Shown piece by piece: positions 11,941-24,177 of a stretch of DNA of 64,000 nucleotides; position 1 is the stretch's first letter; each line of letters starts with the position of its first letter. Source of the stretch: Podarcis muralis (taxonomy: Eukaryota). Below the pieces are notes generated by a model. That model saw only the letters and a program-made list of their open reading frames with translations, ran no database searches and had not been told where the DNA came from. Location of the stretch: positions 81,530,001-81,594,000 of the forward strand of contig NC_135656.1 of NCBI RefSeq assembly GCF_964188315.1. Reading direction: 5' to 3'. The position numbers and the translations under genes were made by a program.

Positions 11941-12694
11941 TATAGGATGTATTCTATGGCAATTTTTCCTTATCAGTAAAAAGGAATGCAATTTAATAAT
12001 TATTTTCAGATAAAACATATATTTAGAACATACAACCTAGCATTCCTACAAGTTGCACTTCAGAACAGAAGCAAATTATAGTTCAGTTTCTGCTGAGATC
12101 CATTTGTAACTTCCAGATAACCTTGCAGAAAGCTAACAAGCAACTATAACACAGCATCTGAATAAGGAGGTACAGTAGATATGGGTTTTAATATATATAT
12201 ATATTTTAATGAGATTCTAGCACTCATGTCATGATAAAAGTGGCATGGGCGCCAGCACAAAATGGCTGCCATGTGCAGCAAAGAGAAGAAGAGGTGACGA
12301 TACTCCATAGCGATAAGTACCATCCCAAAAGAAGCACTGAATACAACAATATACAAAATGGGAACTAAACATAAAGGGTTAGTAGGATTCAAGAGAAGGA
12401 ACATGTCTCAGTATGATGCTTTCTGCTGTTGTGTAATCAGTTAAGTGGTAGCCTCGATGGAAAAAGGGAAACAGGACATGACCGAAGAACATATTAAACA
12501 AGCTGAACCGACATGCAACTGAATACTAAACACCAATAAAATACTAGTAAGGCAATATATATCCTTACCCTACCTTTCTTTCCAGCTGTCACAGGCAGGC
12601 TTGGTTTAAAGACTTAGTTTCATGTTAGAAGAAAGCAGGGAAAATAACTGCAAATCCCCATAAAGAATGATAAGGGAAAAAAGTGTTTTCCAAC

Positions 12695-12842
12695 CTGTTG
12701 TTTTAACTGATGGACTAATCTGTCTTTTTCTCTTTTCAAAGCCATCACTTCTTCTTGAGTTTTCTTTTTCTTTGAAGCAGACAGTTCAAGCAAGGCAATA
12801 TTTGCATCTTTTTCACTGATGGCAGCAAGGAGTGCTTCCTGT
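12695..12842 (-). CDS. ERC2: Internal coding exon of ERC2 (ELKS/RAB6-interacting/CAST family member 2), C-terminal coiled-coil region
   Basis: The minus strand reads ...aatcttaccag|A CAG GAA GCA CTC...CAA CAG|gttgga. It is 148 nt: 1 nt plus 49 codons, QEALLAAISEKDANIALLELSASKKKKTQEEVMALKREKDRLVHQLKQQ. This matches the ERC2 peptide as I recall it (SASKKKK, EVMAL, LVHQL). ERC1 has SSSKKK, EVAAL and LVQQL instead. Confidence 0.97.
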
Positions 12843-14911
12843 CTGGTAAGATTAAAAAATAATAATGAAAACGTATGTTTTTTTTAATTGAATATTTTAG
12901 TGCCTCTGAAGCAAAAGAGGCAACATTAATATATTAGGCATCATGAATGCATGTCTTATTCTGCATACAATGCACCCGCCCAAATTTCCTAGGTTCAATT
13001 CTATGTGCTGCTTATGATCAATTTTGAACCTGTTTGATTCAGGCAATAGCCCAGACTTCAATGACTGCAACATAAATCTAAGGAACTCAAAGAGTCCAAA
13101 TATTGCTAATTTTCATAGTGTGTTTAGAACTGCACACTGCAAAGACTGCCACAATTAAATTGCAGAAAGGTTCATTACAGTTCATTACTTGGAATGTGAA
13201 GACAGTAAAGGATATTGGGGTGTCTAAAAGAGTTCCAAAATCTCATGTGTCAAGCTTTTTTTGTTCAATCTGACCAATCAACAACTCAAATATCTAAACA
13301 TGATGGAACCTAATAAATTTAACACCTGATGATACAACATTTAAGCATATGATGGTACCATATGTCTTCTCTGTATAAAAGCTAAAATTAAATTAAACTG
13401 TCATGTGTACAGCATTCAGGCAAATTATTTTTATTTTTATTATTATTATTAGCCTTGTTCCATGACATTCCACAGTAGCTTGGATGAAACTGATAGAAAC
13501 AAATTGAAACAAGATATTTAGAGCAGTTGTGGGGTCAGGATAACACTGAAACTGGGGACTTCATCATACAGAAATGACTAAACCCACCCATGGCGTGTGA
13601 TCCTATTGGTCTTCAACCTGGTCTGTCAGGACCCAAAACCAAGTCACAGCCTCATCTAAGGTGGGTCACGACAGCAGCACTACCACCATCCAAAAAGTGG
13701 TTAAAAAAGAAAAAAATAAGAAATGGGACTAAAAAGGCTGAAAACTACCATGATATTATAGTGTCAGTTCAAAAGCAGTTTATGTCTCCTCATCCAGTTA
13801 ACTACCACTATCAGGTCCTGCTGGTCCTGGGCTATATATTTTAAAGTGGATATAACTACATGTCTCCTCAATAACGAAATTAGTACCTATATTTTGTAAA
13901 ACTAATAATAAAGAATGCACATATTTTTATCATAAATATATAAAAAAATCTGAACATGTGAAATATTTCATAATTAAGTGGGCACAAAATGTAAGAGAAA
14001 AATATTGATGGGACTATGAGGGAAAATATGGCAATGTCACAGATTCTTGTTACAGAACAGCAAAGTGGTTAGTTTACAAAGAAATATACAGAGGCTACCC
14101 AGCAAACCCATATTGCCTGGACCACTCAGTTTGTTTCTTTAATAGTGATTAGTGGTGGAGTCCTGTGCAGGTCTCTGGAGGCCTTTGTGCACAAGTATCA
14201 GTGGGCTCTTTGTCCCCTCCCTTTCTTCCTCAAACCACATCCCTTCTCCCTATTGACTTCACCCCTTTAAAGTAAAATAAATATTGTGGGGCTTATTACC
14301 CTTCCACAGTGGAAAGGGTAACTTCTCTCGGATTTAACCTTCCACCTGAATTCAAAACGAATATACTCCCAGTCCTTCTCATGCCCTCCTCTCCCCTTAA
14401 TTCTGCCCACAAATAAATCAACTCCACTTGAGGGGAAATAATGAAATTCTCACATTTTCTGAGCCTATCAACTCTCGGTAGAAGGAGCCCACATGCTCAT
14501 TTGAACAATGAAATAGGAGGTAAAGGAGAAAACCCCTTAAAAGAAAATTTATATTTAACACACAGTGATGGAATCTCTTTAGCATTGTAAATTATTAAGC
14601 AGAAAATTAGGCAGAAGCATTATACAGGAGATGGCTGCTCTGGAAGACATATATATTAAACATTCCATGTAGCAAAAGTATCCCTCAAATGATGTTTATT
14701 ATCCTGGGATAGCAGCAGTGAAACAGAACTCTTCAGTGGGGCAAAAGGGCATAAAGGAACTCTATCTATCTAAATTCCCCGTCATAGAAGAGGAAGGAAA
14801 ACTTCAATCAAACCAAAGCAAGCCCCATTTGGGGGTATGTTTCCAATGGGCAGGTAGGGGCTTCCCGCTATGGGATAATCAAAAAGGTATGACCTTCTGG
14901 GTGTGTTAGAC

Positions 14912-15047
14912 CAGGCATAGGCAAACTCGGCCCTCCATATGTTTTGGGACTACATCTCCCATCATCCCTGACCACTGGTCCTGTCAGCTAGGGATGATGG
15001 GAGTTGTAGTCCCAAAACATCTGGAGGGCCGAGTTTGCCTATGCCTG
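14912..15047. mobile_element. Complete palindromic hAT MITE, 136 bp
   Basis: TIR CAGGCATAGGCAAACTCGGCCCTCCA. Perfect TSD TGTTAGAC (14904-14911, 15048-15055). Arms of about 58 bp are near-perfect inverted repeats. Confidence 0.93.
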
Positions 15048-18000
15048 TGTTAGACCCTCAAGTGGAACAGGGTTGAAGGGAATGGCTGGGCTGATGTAGA
15101 CTGGGTGCTTCAAATCTGCTACAGATGGTCAGATGAAGGTGATTATCAGGACAAGGGTGCTTGGGAGAGTGACTTGGAGAAGCGCAAGTTGTCACTGATC
15201 AATGAGTCCAAAAACCAACATGGCTGCCCCTCAGGCACTAATTTGATACTGAAAGAGAATGCGAATGCACATACGCATACATTCTAAATTCATTTAGTAC
15301 ACATATAAGAAATACGGTATGTGAAGAAGTGTGCTTCTGTGTAAGAACAAGCACATACATGTGTGTTCAAGAGATTCACAGTCTAAACAATGTCAAAAAG
15401 AGTATATTTTAATTTGTAGAAGTGGAATGAATAAAACATACACACAAAAATGGTTTTAGCTACACTAAAAAAAATCCTGTTAAGAATTAAACACTAGCAA
15501 ATGCTCTCTTTTGATTGCTGTTTAACAGATTAACCATTTTAAGAAGTCTCCTAGAAATCTTTCTTTAAAAAATTGCCTTGCCACATCACAGTCTATTTAA
15601 AAGGGAATAACGTAAACACTTCTGTTTCACTCCCTCACCTACATTAGTCAGAGAACAATATTCTCAGCTTTATTAATAGGAACTGTCCATAACTGTTAGA
15701 AAAGCAGATAAATGAAGTGATATAAAATTACGATTTCATATGTTAACAAATACGAAAGCAAGAGCAACCAGTACTGTAATTCTTACATCCATTATTATGG
15801 AATGCATTTTGTGTAAGGACACAAAAGTGCAATTAAAACACTGTAATTGAAAATGTTTGAACTAACAATATACACCCCACTCTTCATGTTCCAATCATAA
15901 CTGAATGGAAAAGAAACCGCTCAATCAACTTGTCTCTATAATTGTTGTTTTCTTTCCCTTCTGACCCCAAGTATTCAACTTTAAGTTCAGTAGGAGGTAA
16001 TGTCAGAGAGACAGTGATGAGAGATCCTATTTGAAACAACTTCTTTCTTTCACCCCAAAAAGAAAAGAAAAAAAGTATGTTCAAATGTGCTATTAATCCA
16101 CAATGGTTGCACAAGTACCTTTAAGGAAATACACAAAGGAACATTACAGTTAAAATATTTAATCCTTGCAGCCATACCTGAATTAGTGGCTGGTATTTAT
16201 AATTTGCGTAAGAGCCTAATACATAATGACTTCACAGATGACAGTCCAAAATTCTAGATTTATGTGAAGAAGTTGACCAATATGAGCTGCAGGCTGCATT
16301 CAGGTGTGGGGTGCATTGTGCTAGCTTTTGTGGTCATAGTGCTAGCACTTCTGTTCCAATTTCCAATGTTACTTTTACACAGCAGTACCTGTTGCAGTAT
16401 GGAACTGTGGCTTTATTTGTCGAGATAATGCCATGTTGAGCTAAATTGCATTAGCACTAGTGGGGATGATGTGATGTGTAAAAGCAACATGCATGTTTCC
16501 ACTCCTGCCCCCTTTCCACACATGCATCCTTCAGTTCCCTCATGATTAAAAGTGCAGGCTTTTAAATAGGCAATAGAAAGTGAAATATGCTGGGAGACCT
16601 TTCAGCGACTGACAGCATTAAATGTGTTGGGAAAAAGTGAGTTGAATGTTTAAAACCTTCTTCCGTTCTAATCATGGCACTGAGGACCAAAGTAGGTATG
16701 ATATTAACTGCATGATTTCAAGTAATTTGTCTTCTTTTATAAACTTAAATAGCAGCTGGGATTGAGACTGTGGCACATGGGGAAGTGGTTAACCCTTTCC
16801 TCTCAAATCATGGCCCCCATGAAAACTGTCCTGCAAACCTCTTAGAGGGCAGCACCAATGGACCCTTTCGTTCAGGACCTGATAGCAATTTCAGGGTTGG
16901 GAAGATTTTCATCAGGACTACAACACCCACTGAGCCATTGAGGAAAAAACACACACACCCTTGTATATTTTCCTTGTAGAAAGAAAAGAGTTTGTGGGGT
17001 GAGAAGTGAACAGAAAAAATAACACAAGATGAAAGGCTGAAACACTTCTTCACCTGCCAGTCTTTATTCCAGATTGCCGACTGCCACATATGCTAAGTGG
17101 TATACAAATTGTTGAAATAAATAAATCAAAACAGAAGCGTTACATGCAACTGTGTGTCACATGTAATTTGACCTGTTATGAAAGTAGTACTAGCTCTTTA
17201 TACTTCAAGAAATGTCCAATCAACTGACCCATATACACCTGACAAATTTGCTCTTCAAATTCTGTCCCCTATGCATGCGCACCAATTCCTGGGGGCCAAG
17301 GCTCAATGTTATTTTTTAAAAGAGGGCTGTGGTTTCCCCCATTGGTTAGGGAAACACAGAGCTAGGTGCGGAGTGACAGCAGGACATAGCATAACATTGT
17401 GTATGTGATGTCAGGACGTCATGTCGGCCCCTCCTCAATGTTTTTTAGAAGATGGCGCCTCTGCCCCTATGTGATCATCAAATCATTCACACAAAGTAGC
17501 CAGATAGACACTGAAGACTATAATTTAAAATGGTTGTATTCTGCTTTAGGTTCATATGAATCCAGATAAGAACACATAATTTATTTATTTATTTATTTAT
17601 TCATCATTGTGTATGGCAATCATGAAAGCACTTGAATTTTGCACTTAACTGTATATTGCAAGCACTTTTCATAAAACATTTTAAATCTCAGTATCTCTGT
17701 TTAAATTTAAAACTTCAGAACCAAACCCTTCCCTGTGTGGACAGCCATTTTGAATTTTGTAGAGATGCAATATAAGTTTAACTGCTTCAACCTAGTGGAT
17801 GCTAAAAAAAAAAATTAACAACACAAAGGATCAGAAATACTGGAGTGTGAATCCCATTGCATGTGAATACAAAGGTTTTGTTTGTGTGGAACACAGCTCT
17901 GCTCAAAGTCCAGCTAAGCCAAACAGGATGAACCAATACTATAGGCAATCTGTCATTGTCAGGCTACTTGTCTTTCACCATTGTATTTTGTATGCATAAA

Positions 18001-18913
18001 GGACCAAGATAAAAGTTGTTTGTAGAAAGTATGGTTTGATCCCTTGAGCATAGTATTCAACCCATTTTGAAGCTAACTTAAATTTATAAGCCTTGCGTAG
18101 AAAACTATTGTTGTTTTTCTAACCAACATTTTTAAAATAACTCAAAATCAAAGTGTAAGAATCTTCTAAAATATATTATTGTAGAATGCAAGCCTAATAT
18201 TGATGTTCCATAAAGCTTTGAGTTACATATATGACAGGATTATCCTTGTGAACAAACCAAATACTGACTACCTTTGTCCAGAAACTAAATTACTTTCCAG
18301 GATGGAAATGTCAAACAGACCACAACAAAAGAAAGCCAAGGACTATATAGATGAGGAATAGGTAAAGTGTCTTCACTTCTTCCCAGAATGACTTCTTTCT
18401 GTTGAACTCAGGGCCTTTCTGCACTGCACCTTTTATAGTGATATAGTTGCTGGGGGGTTTTCAGATTTTTTGGGCGTGCCACCACATGACATTGTCATTA
18501 TTCAGCTACTACAGATGACACATTTTAAGACAAAACTTTTATTTTGTCCATAATCAAAAGACAAGGAACTAATAAAGCCATGCTGAAATTATAAAATAAA
18601 TAACAACATAATATTCAGTATTTTAAGAACCTATTAAGAATTGTCAAAGAGAAAAAACTTGTTCTGATTCAGAAAAATGTCAGTCAGAATCTAACAGTGC
18701 TGTTGTCTGAAGAAGTAGAGAGTCATAGGCAGAAACTCCACATCACGCTTTTCAGAATCTTATGTTAATTACTTATGATATGATATGATATTTAAAGCAC
18801 ATCACGGTTCAAATTTCCTGATAATATGCTGTACAGATTTCCTAATTATTCATCAGAACTTGCTTTGCTGAGCTGCAGCATGAAAGTTTTTCCAAGCCAG
18901 CATGAAAGTTCCC

Positions 18914-19400
18914 TGTCAGCGCAGGTGGCATCAGATGCCCCACCCTATAATTTTGGTCCTGCCAGGATGAGTGGGCAGGGTGTGCCTAATACCTTGCTAT
19001 GAAGCATTTTGGTCACCATATTCTAGGCCAGGGAGGAAATTGCCTGCAGACAAAATGAGGGATGTCTGGAGGTTTCACCTACCTCACAGTAACTGTCACA
19101 ACTTGTTGGTGGGAAAGTATCAAGGTACCCAGGGAAAGGGGTCCAGGGAAATATTTCTGCCTGAATGTCACAGAACTTCCCAAATGACCTCCTGGAAGAT
19201 TTGCCCAGATTTGATTCAGGTCATAGAGTGATCCTTAAATCCAGGATTGACTCTGAAAGCTCAATCAACCAGCAGACGGGCAAGTTGATTCAGAATCCAT
19301 ATCCAGTGCCTATGCCAAAGCCTACTTGCATCTGCAATTAATAAAACTGTGGCCATTTTGATCCCAAAACACTATCTTGTCTTCATTTCTACCTATCACA
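18914..19400 (+). mobile_element. Solo LTR (Gypsy or ERV1-like), 487 bp
   Basis: Begins TGTCAG and ends ATCACA. 4-bp TSD TCCC (18910-18913, 19401-19404). AATAAA at 19340-19345, followed by a U5-like T/C-rich stretch. Confidence 0.75.
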
Positions 19401-21350
19401 TCCCTCGGGTTTACTGAGCCCGGGCGCACAAAAAGCCCTTAAAGCCAAACAACTGGCCAGATTTGAAATACCTTTGTGTCTCAGAGTGATGAGGTACTAA
19501 TATGGGTGCTACTGAAACAAAATCACTATCAAGTGTACTTCTTGGCCTAACTGTCCTAGTTTAATTTAAAAGATAAATAGTGTCAAAAAGGCAACAGATC
19601 TAAAGGAAGAACATTGCTGGGAGGTGAGGAAAATATGGAACAGATCCAAGTTATTTCAAGAATCAAGGAGAGGAGGAGTTCAGACAACAGTCCACAAATA
19701 TTTCCTTAATTAGTACTTTAAAGATAGGCATGAAAAGAGTCAGATACCAGATCCATGTTGACTAATTATGACTTCCTTGTTAAAGGAGTGGCTGCAGGCA
19801 TTTCCAGGAGCATGCAAGTCATATGATTCAAATTTGAGTAGGGCAGCTTACTCATTGATCTTCTTTGGTGGGTAAATGTTTCCCAAATTTGTTACAGACT
19901 AAGAAAGCAGCTTTTACAAAAGGCAGATGTAAAGATTTTTGGGGGAAGGGGGGTGTTGATCACAAACCAAGATGAGTGATTAGAATGGTGCTAGTTTCAA
20001 GTAGACCAAAATAGGCACAAGGAAATGGGTCTTCCTGAACTGTAACTGTGAAAAATATGCTATGCTTGCACAGTAGACTAAGCCCATCTATTAATACTTT
20101 CTACTGGCTAATTTGGTTGTGTAGTCGAGTACAAAGACAACAAGAAACTATTTATGATGCTCTTACAGATAGACTGTCTAATAGACATAACAATTAGTTG
20201 TTTCAGTTAGAAACTACATATGCTTAACCTTCCTGTCCATAGTATCAGGAAGAAATATAAAGGAAACTTGCAAAGGCTGCATATTGCAAAGAAATATTTT
20301 TGTGTCTGAAAATTCATGGAATTCTGTCCCTCCCCCCCATCTGAATTTTGCTCTTACCTATTCAGAGTGCTGAAAAAGATTGCAGTCGTAACTTAAGACT
20401 GAAGATGCAATAAAAATAAAATTGCTTTTTTTAAAAGAAAAAGGTTCCACTTTTGGCAGCTGAAACTAAAAGGTATGCATGGAATGAATTTGCTATCAAT
20501 CATAAAATATTATTTACTGTATGCCTCAGCACGAAAAGAGAAGACATTCTCTTTCACCACGCAGAGTGGCTAGGGCAACCAGTCACACGGGCAGGGTATA
20601 AGTAATAAATTGTTATTATTATTCAGTTTACAATTAGGCCTTATTGAAACAATAAACCTAATAAACATCGCCAAATACTGGATTAAACTAAAATCACCAA
20701 AATTGTGTTTTGCAAAAGAATTTAGCCCAAAACTATCCAGCTCGTGGTGGGAGAATCATGGCAGATTTGAGACTTGTTTATCATGGAGAGTCTTCTCAGC
20801 ATTGAGTGGTGAGCAGGTGAGCAGAGATAGCAGTTTCTATCTGTAATAGCCCAAAGGAAAGAGTGATGATAAGAACAGCACCTATAGATTCAAGGAAGGG
20901 CTGGTTTCACAATTATGTGAAGAGCTTTAATGAGTGATAAATTGCTTTACTGTTTTGTGTCTGGTTTTCTTGTCAAACATGCAAGCAAATGATATGGATA
21001 CAAAGTTCATATGTTCATAATTCAGATCCAATATACCTGAAACCCACATTTTCTAGGAATGCCAACCCTATAACAACAGCCTTCAGAACTGTAGCAATGA
21101 ATGTATAACTTTCATGTCAAACTACAACTCAGTTTATGAATGACCCCATTGTTCTCCAAACAAATTGATAATACAGCATGTAAGGAAAGCGGGGGACTGC
21201 TGGTGGGGGTAAATAGAGACAAATTAAAGTTCAAATGTACATAGGTTCTCTTGCAGCTGAAGGAATGGACCAGTTCCAGCCTTGAGTTATGGCTATCTCT
21301 AATTCTGAAGTTTAATATGCTTTCTTGACTCAGATAAGGTTATCTGAAAT

Positions 21351-21400
21351 GGACTAGATGACCCTCGGGACACCTTCCAACTCTACAATTCTATGATTCT
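21351..21400 (+). mobile_element. CR1-type 3' terminus
   Basis: GGACTAGATGACCCTCGGGACACCTTCCAACTCTACAATTCTATGATTCT. Confidence 0.65.
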
Positions 21401-22139
21401 AACCTGTTTGTAAATGTACTGTGCCAACATGGGCTGGGAAATGCTAGCCACCTGCACTGAATATGGAGACAGGTGTGAATGAAGCAAAAACTCATTAACT
21501 GAGCTGCAGCTGAACCTGGAATCACATGACCAATCTTCAAGGCTGGTTATATGAATAACCTAGGAATATAAACAAGAGTGGTTGTTTTTTTGGCATCCTT
21601 ATGGCAAAAGTAATGGAGGAGACAAGATATTTCTCCCTAAGTTGAGCAGGCAACCTTTAAAACACTCCAATGTTCCCAAAACAAAACAAGGGGTGTTCCA
21701 AAAACATCTAAGCTTAATGGAAGAAACTGGAACGAATTCTAGCAACAGCACAAAGGTGATTGTGAACAAACAGAGCACGTGCAAAAGTGCAATATTAACA
21801 AAAATAAGGCAGGCTGACCCATACACGGGTAAAGAACTGGAAAGAGGATCATACTTCAGAGAAAGAATAGAAAGTGTATTAGAAAAGGATACGAAATATG
21901 GAGTCCGTAGTGATAACTAAAATATCCAAGGCTGAACACTTACTGTGGGATAGCTTAGCCTCCTGTAGCACTTTGCCAATTGGTAAGGCAAATCTTACTA
22001 CATATCAAATGCCAATGTCTGATGAAATATGTTAGAGTATTGTTGCCTATAGCCATCCGTGTATATTTGCAAAAATTTAGAGGAAGTACCTTAGAATGTA
22101 AGTGAGAAGTGGGGTCCTTTTCCCAAATGAATAATCAAA

Positions 22140-22440
22140 TTTATTTAATTAATTTATATCTTGCCCTTCATCACAAGATCTCAAGGCAGACCACAGAATA
22201 AAATACAAGAGAAAAATATGGGTAAATAATTAAAACGAAAACAACAAAACAATAGCTCCTCCTTTCCAAGGACACATTTAAAAGATTGTAGAACATTAAT
22301 CAGCCAAAGGAACATTTTTTACTAGCACCTAAAATATATATAATGAAGGTGCCAGGAGAAGTTCCCTGGAGAAAGAATTCCACAAAAGGGGAAGTCACTA
22401 CAGAAAAGGCCCATTCTCACATTGTCACCCTCCAGACCTC
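22140..22440 (-). mobile_element. L2 LINE 3' fragment
   Basis: Clearly similar to 50296-50600 (TGCCCTTCATC..AAGATC, ACACATTTAAAAG, AATCAGCCAAAG, GCCT/ACCTAAA, CCCTGGA.A.AGAATTCC), which is contiguous with L2 ORF2. Confidence 0.68.
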
Positions 22441-23377
22441 ACGTTCTTTAAGTCCACCACAAATAAGCCATTTAGGCAGAGCCTCCTGAGTGCATGTACT
22501 CCCTCCTGAGTGGGAGAAAACAGAGAACTATTGCCACATGGGGCCCACAGATCGCATTATTTAACTCTCGGTTGCCCTTTTAACATGGCAATAATAAGTA
22601 AGAGAGAACGCCTGAGGAGCGTCAGACCAAAACCATTCAAAAGCTTCTAGGTCAAAACTTATTCCTTGAATTCACTACATACTATACAAACACTGTATAA
22701 TATACTCCCAGTGGCCATATCCTATTACATTGCAGAGAAACTGGATTCTGCATCTCCTGGAGCTTCTGTGCAGCCATCAGTAGTAGCCACACGTAGAGAG
22801 ATTATTATTATTTTTAAGTCAATATTAGGCTTCGCAGTTTTGTTGAACTTTCTCTTTAACATGCCATAGAAGAATGATTCTTCACTATTGAATTGTTTGA
22901 CTGGAAAAAGTGATAAAGCTGTATGGTAACTAAATAAGGCACACCCTTCTCCATATATAATATATAACTCTGGGGGCTATTCTCTCTTGAATGTGTACAG
23001 GTGCAAATAAATGCTTGAGATGAATGAAAGGTTCCTGAAAGCTTATAGGGCAGCACCCCTCCCATTGAAGTTATACCTGAGGCTGTGCAGCATGAGCCCT
23101 GGTGAGGCATTACTGGCACTCCAGCCTCAATAAGGAAAGACAAAGGAGGGAGATTGGATCTCTCCCTCTTTAATGTGCTGCTAGAAGAAAAGAGCCTGGT
23201 GGCCTTTGAGGTGGATTTCTCCCCCAAGGGCTACTGCAATGATTGAAAGGGAAGGAGGAGGCAATTTAGGGAGCAGGGTGTGTGGAGAGCAGAAAGATGA
23301 TTGCGGTTGGTTGGTGCACATACATTCCATTTTGTTCCTTATGTTTTGTATACTCATAAAATATATAAACAGTAATA

Positions 23378-23378
<1 letters not shown>

Positions 23379-23408
<30 letters not shown>
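23379..23408. repeat. (CA)n microsatellite
   Basis: Direct reading. Confidence 0.97.
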
Positions 23409-23411
<3 letters not shown>

Positions 23412-24125
23412 CTTATATAATATGTTTTTGTTTCTACCCAGTCCAAAAAAGAAGTTTGTAAAGCTGGTGGCTGAAGCCTGGTTGACACAATATCATACAC
23501 CAAAGAGCTGAAAGCAGGGCAGACGTAGATTTAGGGCAGCACAACCGGTTCCCCCACACATGGCGCGGGGACAAGGGGGCGCCTTCCTGGGCTTTGGGAA
23601 GGAGGCATGAGGGCTCTGACAGGGTCCTAGAGGCCTCCTTCCCCAAGCCTAGCTAGTGCTTGCCTAGCTTTTGGACAGAGGTAGGAGGACTCTAAGACCC
23701 TGCCCAAGCCTCACAGCTCCCTCCCAAAGTCTGGCACCATCCTTACCTCTCTTTGGGAAGGCACCACAAAGATTGGGGGTGGGGCATTGTCAAATTTTGG
23801 CCTCACCCAGGGCATCATTATTACCAAGGTCTGCCCCTGAACAGGGATCCATGTAATTATCTCTTTTAATTAACATTCTGACAAAATGAATTAAATTTTA
23901 ACTATTTTAAGTGTGTGCTTTTTTTCCAGCTAGTGCAATCTGCCAGACTGCAGATCCAGTCACTGACTGTAGCCAGATGCTGTCTTTCAATTTTTTGCTA
24001 CCTACGTTCTTGCTGCTGTGAAGGTGACTATTTTGCAAAACTCGGGCCATGCAAAGCTTGCCTCTTCTTTCAGCTAAGCTTTATGAGTCCCTGAAACTCC
24101 GTTTCTGAGCTCAGTAAGCTTAACC

Positions 24126-24130
<5 letters not shown>

Positions 24131-24172
<42 letters not shown>
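24131..24172. repeat. (TG)n microsatellite
   Basis: Direct reading. Confidence 0.97.

Positions 24173-24177
<5 letters not shown>

Larger units (their letters stand above)
1..12694 (-). other. ERC2: ERC2 intron 3' of the 148-nt exon (more than 12.6 kb)
   Basis: GT donor at 12694-12693. I did not find the next exon (TQNRMKLMADNY..., His-rich) between 1 and 12694. Confidence 0.7.

Noticed and set aside
12695-12842. Assignment of the exon to ERC1
   Set aside because: The diagnostic residues SASKKKK, EVMAL and LVHQL match ERC2 as recalled. ERC1 has one fewer Lys and different residues.
23515-23839. hAT-like element with CAGGGCAGAC / GTCTGCCCCTG ends
   Set aside because: Termini are imperfect and the flanks share no 8-bp TSD. 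Probably an old MITE, but not supportable from the sequence alone.
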